Assembly (NCBI GenBank): GCA_963727445.1
Contig: CAVSGI010000010.1
Coordinates: forward strand, 896,001-960,000
Source of the DNA: an uncultured delta proteobacterium
Lineage (GTDB): Bacteria; Myxococcota_A; Polyangia; Polyangiales; B10-G4
Direction: 5' to 3'
DNA: 64,000 nt
The position numbers were made by a program, and so were the translations under genes. This document shows positions 62,282 through 64,000 of the stretch, piece after piece. The stretch's first letter is position 1; each line of letters begins with the position of its first letter. Under the pieces are notes generated by a model. The model searched no databases. It was not told where the DNA came from and saw only the letters and a list, made by a program, of their open reading frames with translations.

Positions 62282-63922
62282 CTACTGCACGAGACCGAGC
62301 GTCATCAGCTCGGCGCAGCGCCCCTCCCGGATGGTGTCGGTGACCGTGGAGGGGTCGTCGATGACGAACACCCGCGGGGCCGACGGATCGTAGGCTGGCC
62401 AGGCGGGATCGGACATCGGCGCGCCCGAAGCGGCGAAGCTCGTCCAGGCGGTCTCCATGGTGTCCACCACCCGCCTATCGGCCGCGACCGGCGTGTAGCG
62501 CGGCAGCGTGTCGAGGGTGTCGAAGACGTAGACCAGCTCGAGGCCGTGGACGGATCCGAAGGCGGCAGCCACTCCTTCGAGCGTCTTCGTGAAGTGATAG
62601 GCATAGGTAGGCTCCCCGTCGGAGCTCGCCGCCGCGAAGGACATGGCGGGACAGATGAAGCCGATGTCCGAGAACAGGGCGTTGAAGGCGGCCTTGGGCG
62701 TGGCGAAGTCCGACGCCGGGTAGAGCGCGAGGACGTCATCGGCGACGAGGGGGAGCCGGGCGCGGACCACCGCTTCGTAGGTGGCCGCGTCGGGGATGCT
62801 GATGGCCACGGTGAAGCTGTCGGCCTCGTCGGCGTTCGAGCCGATGATGATCGGGACGTCGTTGCCCTCGCCGCGAGAGAAGAGAGCGTGGGTGTCGTCG
62901 GTGATGACGGCGCCGTCGATGTTGGGGCCGATGTTCGGCAGGCCCAGGCCGCTCGCCGAGAGGCCGGCGGTGGCGGTGACCACGTCGCTGGCGCTCGCCG
63001 CGCGCGCGCACGCGAGCGGATCGGGCTCCGTGTCGCAGCCCAGGTTGGCGATGAGCTGGTCGCCCTGGTCGATGGCGCTCGGTGAGAGCGCGGTCGCGGC
63101 GTCGAGGTGAGGCAGGCCGTAGCAGCCAGCGCCGCTCTCGATGATCGCGCTCTGGAAGAGCCCGGCGGAGAGCGGAGAGCCCAGGTGCTGGCAGACCGAA
63201 ACCCCGCCCGCCGATTCGCCGAAGATCGTCACCTGCGCAGGATCGCCCCCGAAGGCCGCGATGTTGTCGCGCACCCAGGTGAGGGCGAGGATCTGATCCT
63301 GGATGCCGTAGTTGCCGGCGCTGCCATCGTCGCTCTCCGCGACCAGGGCGTCGGTCGCGAGGAAACCGAGCCCGCCGAGGCGGTAGTTGAGGGTGACCAC
63401 CACTGTGCCTCCTTCGCGGGCGAGGGCGGCGCCGTCGTAGACGGGGAGACGCGACGAGCCCTGGATGAAGGCGCCGCCGTGGATGAAGACCATGACCGGG
63501 CGCGGCGTCGCCGAATCGGCGAAAGCCCAGACGTTGAGCGTCAGACAGTCCTCGTCCCCGACGAGCATCGGCGGAGTGCTGTCGTCGAACTGGGGACACA
63601 TGGCAGAGAAGTCGGTCGCGGCGAAGGTGTCCGCGAACGGCTCGGCCGGAACGGGCGGACGAAAGCGTCGGTCGCCCGTCGGCGGCGCCGCGTAGGGGAT
63701 GCCTTTGTAGATGTAGAGGTCGTCGCCGTCCTCCGTGCCCATGACCACGCCGGACGCGGTGCGTGCATACGGACCCGGCGGTAGCGCAGCATCCAGGTCG
63801 GCGTCCGCGCTCGCGTCGGTGCTGCCGTCGCCCGTGCCTCCGTCGCCGGGCCCCGTGTCGTCACCACCGCAGGCAACCCAGGCGAACACCAGAACGAAGA
63901 GCGGAGATCGAAGCGCGGTCAC
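62282..63922 (-). CDS. Type-B carboxylesterase lipoprotein
   Basis: Lipobox WVAC; GIPYAAPP, EDCLTLNV, HGGAF, NYRLG, GESAG and HGLE motifs. Confidence 0.93.
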   Translation of the reverse strand: MTALRSPLFVLVFAWVACGGDDTGPGDGGTGDGSTDASADADLDAALPPGPYARTASGVVMGTEDGDDLYIYKGIPYAAPPTGDRRFRPPVPAEPFADTFAATDFSAMCPQFDDSTPPMLVGDEDCLTLNVWAFADSATPRPVMVFIHGGAFIQGSSRLPVYDGAALAREGGTVVVTLNYRLGGLGFLATDALVAESDDGSAGNYGIQDQILALTWVRDNIAAFGGDPAQVTIFGESAGGVSVCQHLGSPLSAGLFQSAIIESGAGCYGLPHLDAATALSPSAIDQGDQLIANLGCDTEPDPLACARAASASDVVTATAGLSASGLGLPNIGPNIDGAVITDDTHALFSRGEGNDVPIIIGSNADEADSFTVAISIPDAATYEAVVRARLPLVADDVLALYPASDFATPKAAFNALFSDIGFICPAMSFAAASSDGEPTYAYHFTKTLEGVAAAFGSVHGLELVYVFDTLDTLPRYTPVAADRRVVDTMETAWTSFAASGAPMSDPAWPAYDPSAPRVFVIDDPSTVTDTIREGRCAELMTLGLVQ

Positions 63923-63934
63923 AGTCGCGAATCC

Positions 63935-64000
63935 TCAGAATGCGTAGCCGAAGCTGATGCGCGCCCGGAACAGCCCGCCATCTCCGAGCGGCGGGTTCCC
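63935..64000 (-). CDS. C-terminus of a probable outer-membrane beta-barrel protein (partial)
   Basis: Manual translation ...GNPPLGDGGLFRARISFGYAF*; alternating strand ending in Y-x-F. Confidence 0.6.
   Translation of the reverse strand, partial: GNPPLGDGGLFRARISFGYAF

Overview
GC-rich (about 70%) gene-dense bacterial DNA. It looks myxobacterial, probably Polyangia/Sandaracinaceae-like; this is inferred from a MYXO-CTERM tail, many Cys-rich lipoproteins, Hanks-type Ser/Thr kinases, sigma-54 activators and an FHA-GGDEF protein. About 50 CDSs are supported. Housekeeping and metabolic genes include typA, sua5/tsaC, an Ate/Bpt-type aminoacyl-tRNA-protein transferase, frmA-fghA, an M16 peptidase pair, TetR-SDR and an EAL plus GGDEF pair. 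These are mixed with many uncharacterised envelope and signalling genes. I found no rRNA, tRNA, CRISPR array, cas gene, integrase or transposase. Five minus-strand genes in the first 22 kb, including typA, are broken by single-base insertions in homopolymers, most likely assembly errors. Most notable: (i) a histone-H1-like Lys-rich tail fused to an apparently catalytically dead Shedu/DUF4263-like nuclease domain (27214-28578); (ii) an operon of secreted thermonuclease, Ca/Cys-repeat lipoprotein and a porin carrying the same repeats (45965-50325); (iii) two unrelated adjacent tandem arrays that share a 52-bp period (52531-52855); (iv) a switch- or pseudoknot-like structured leader upstream of a phosphoesterase; (v) a low-GC patch spanning the 3' ends of two convergent genes; (vi) several readable cis-elements (TetR operators, sigma-54 and ECF promoters). 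All family assignments come from motif recognition by eye; no database searches were run.
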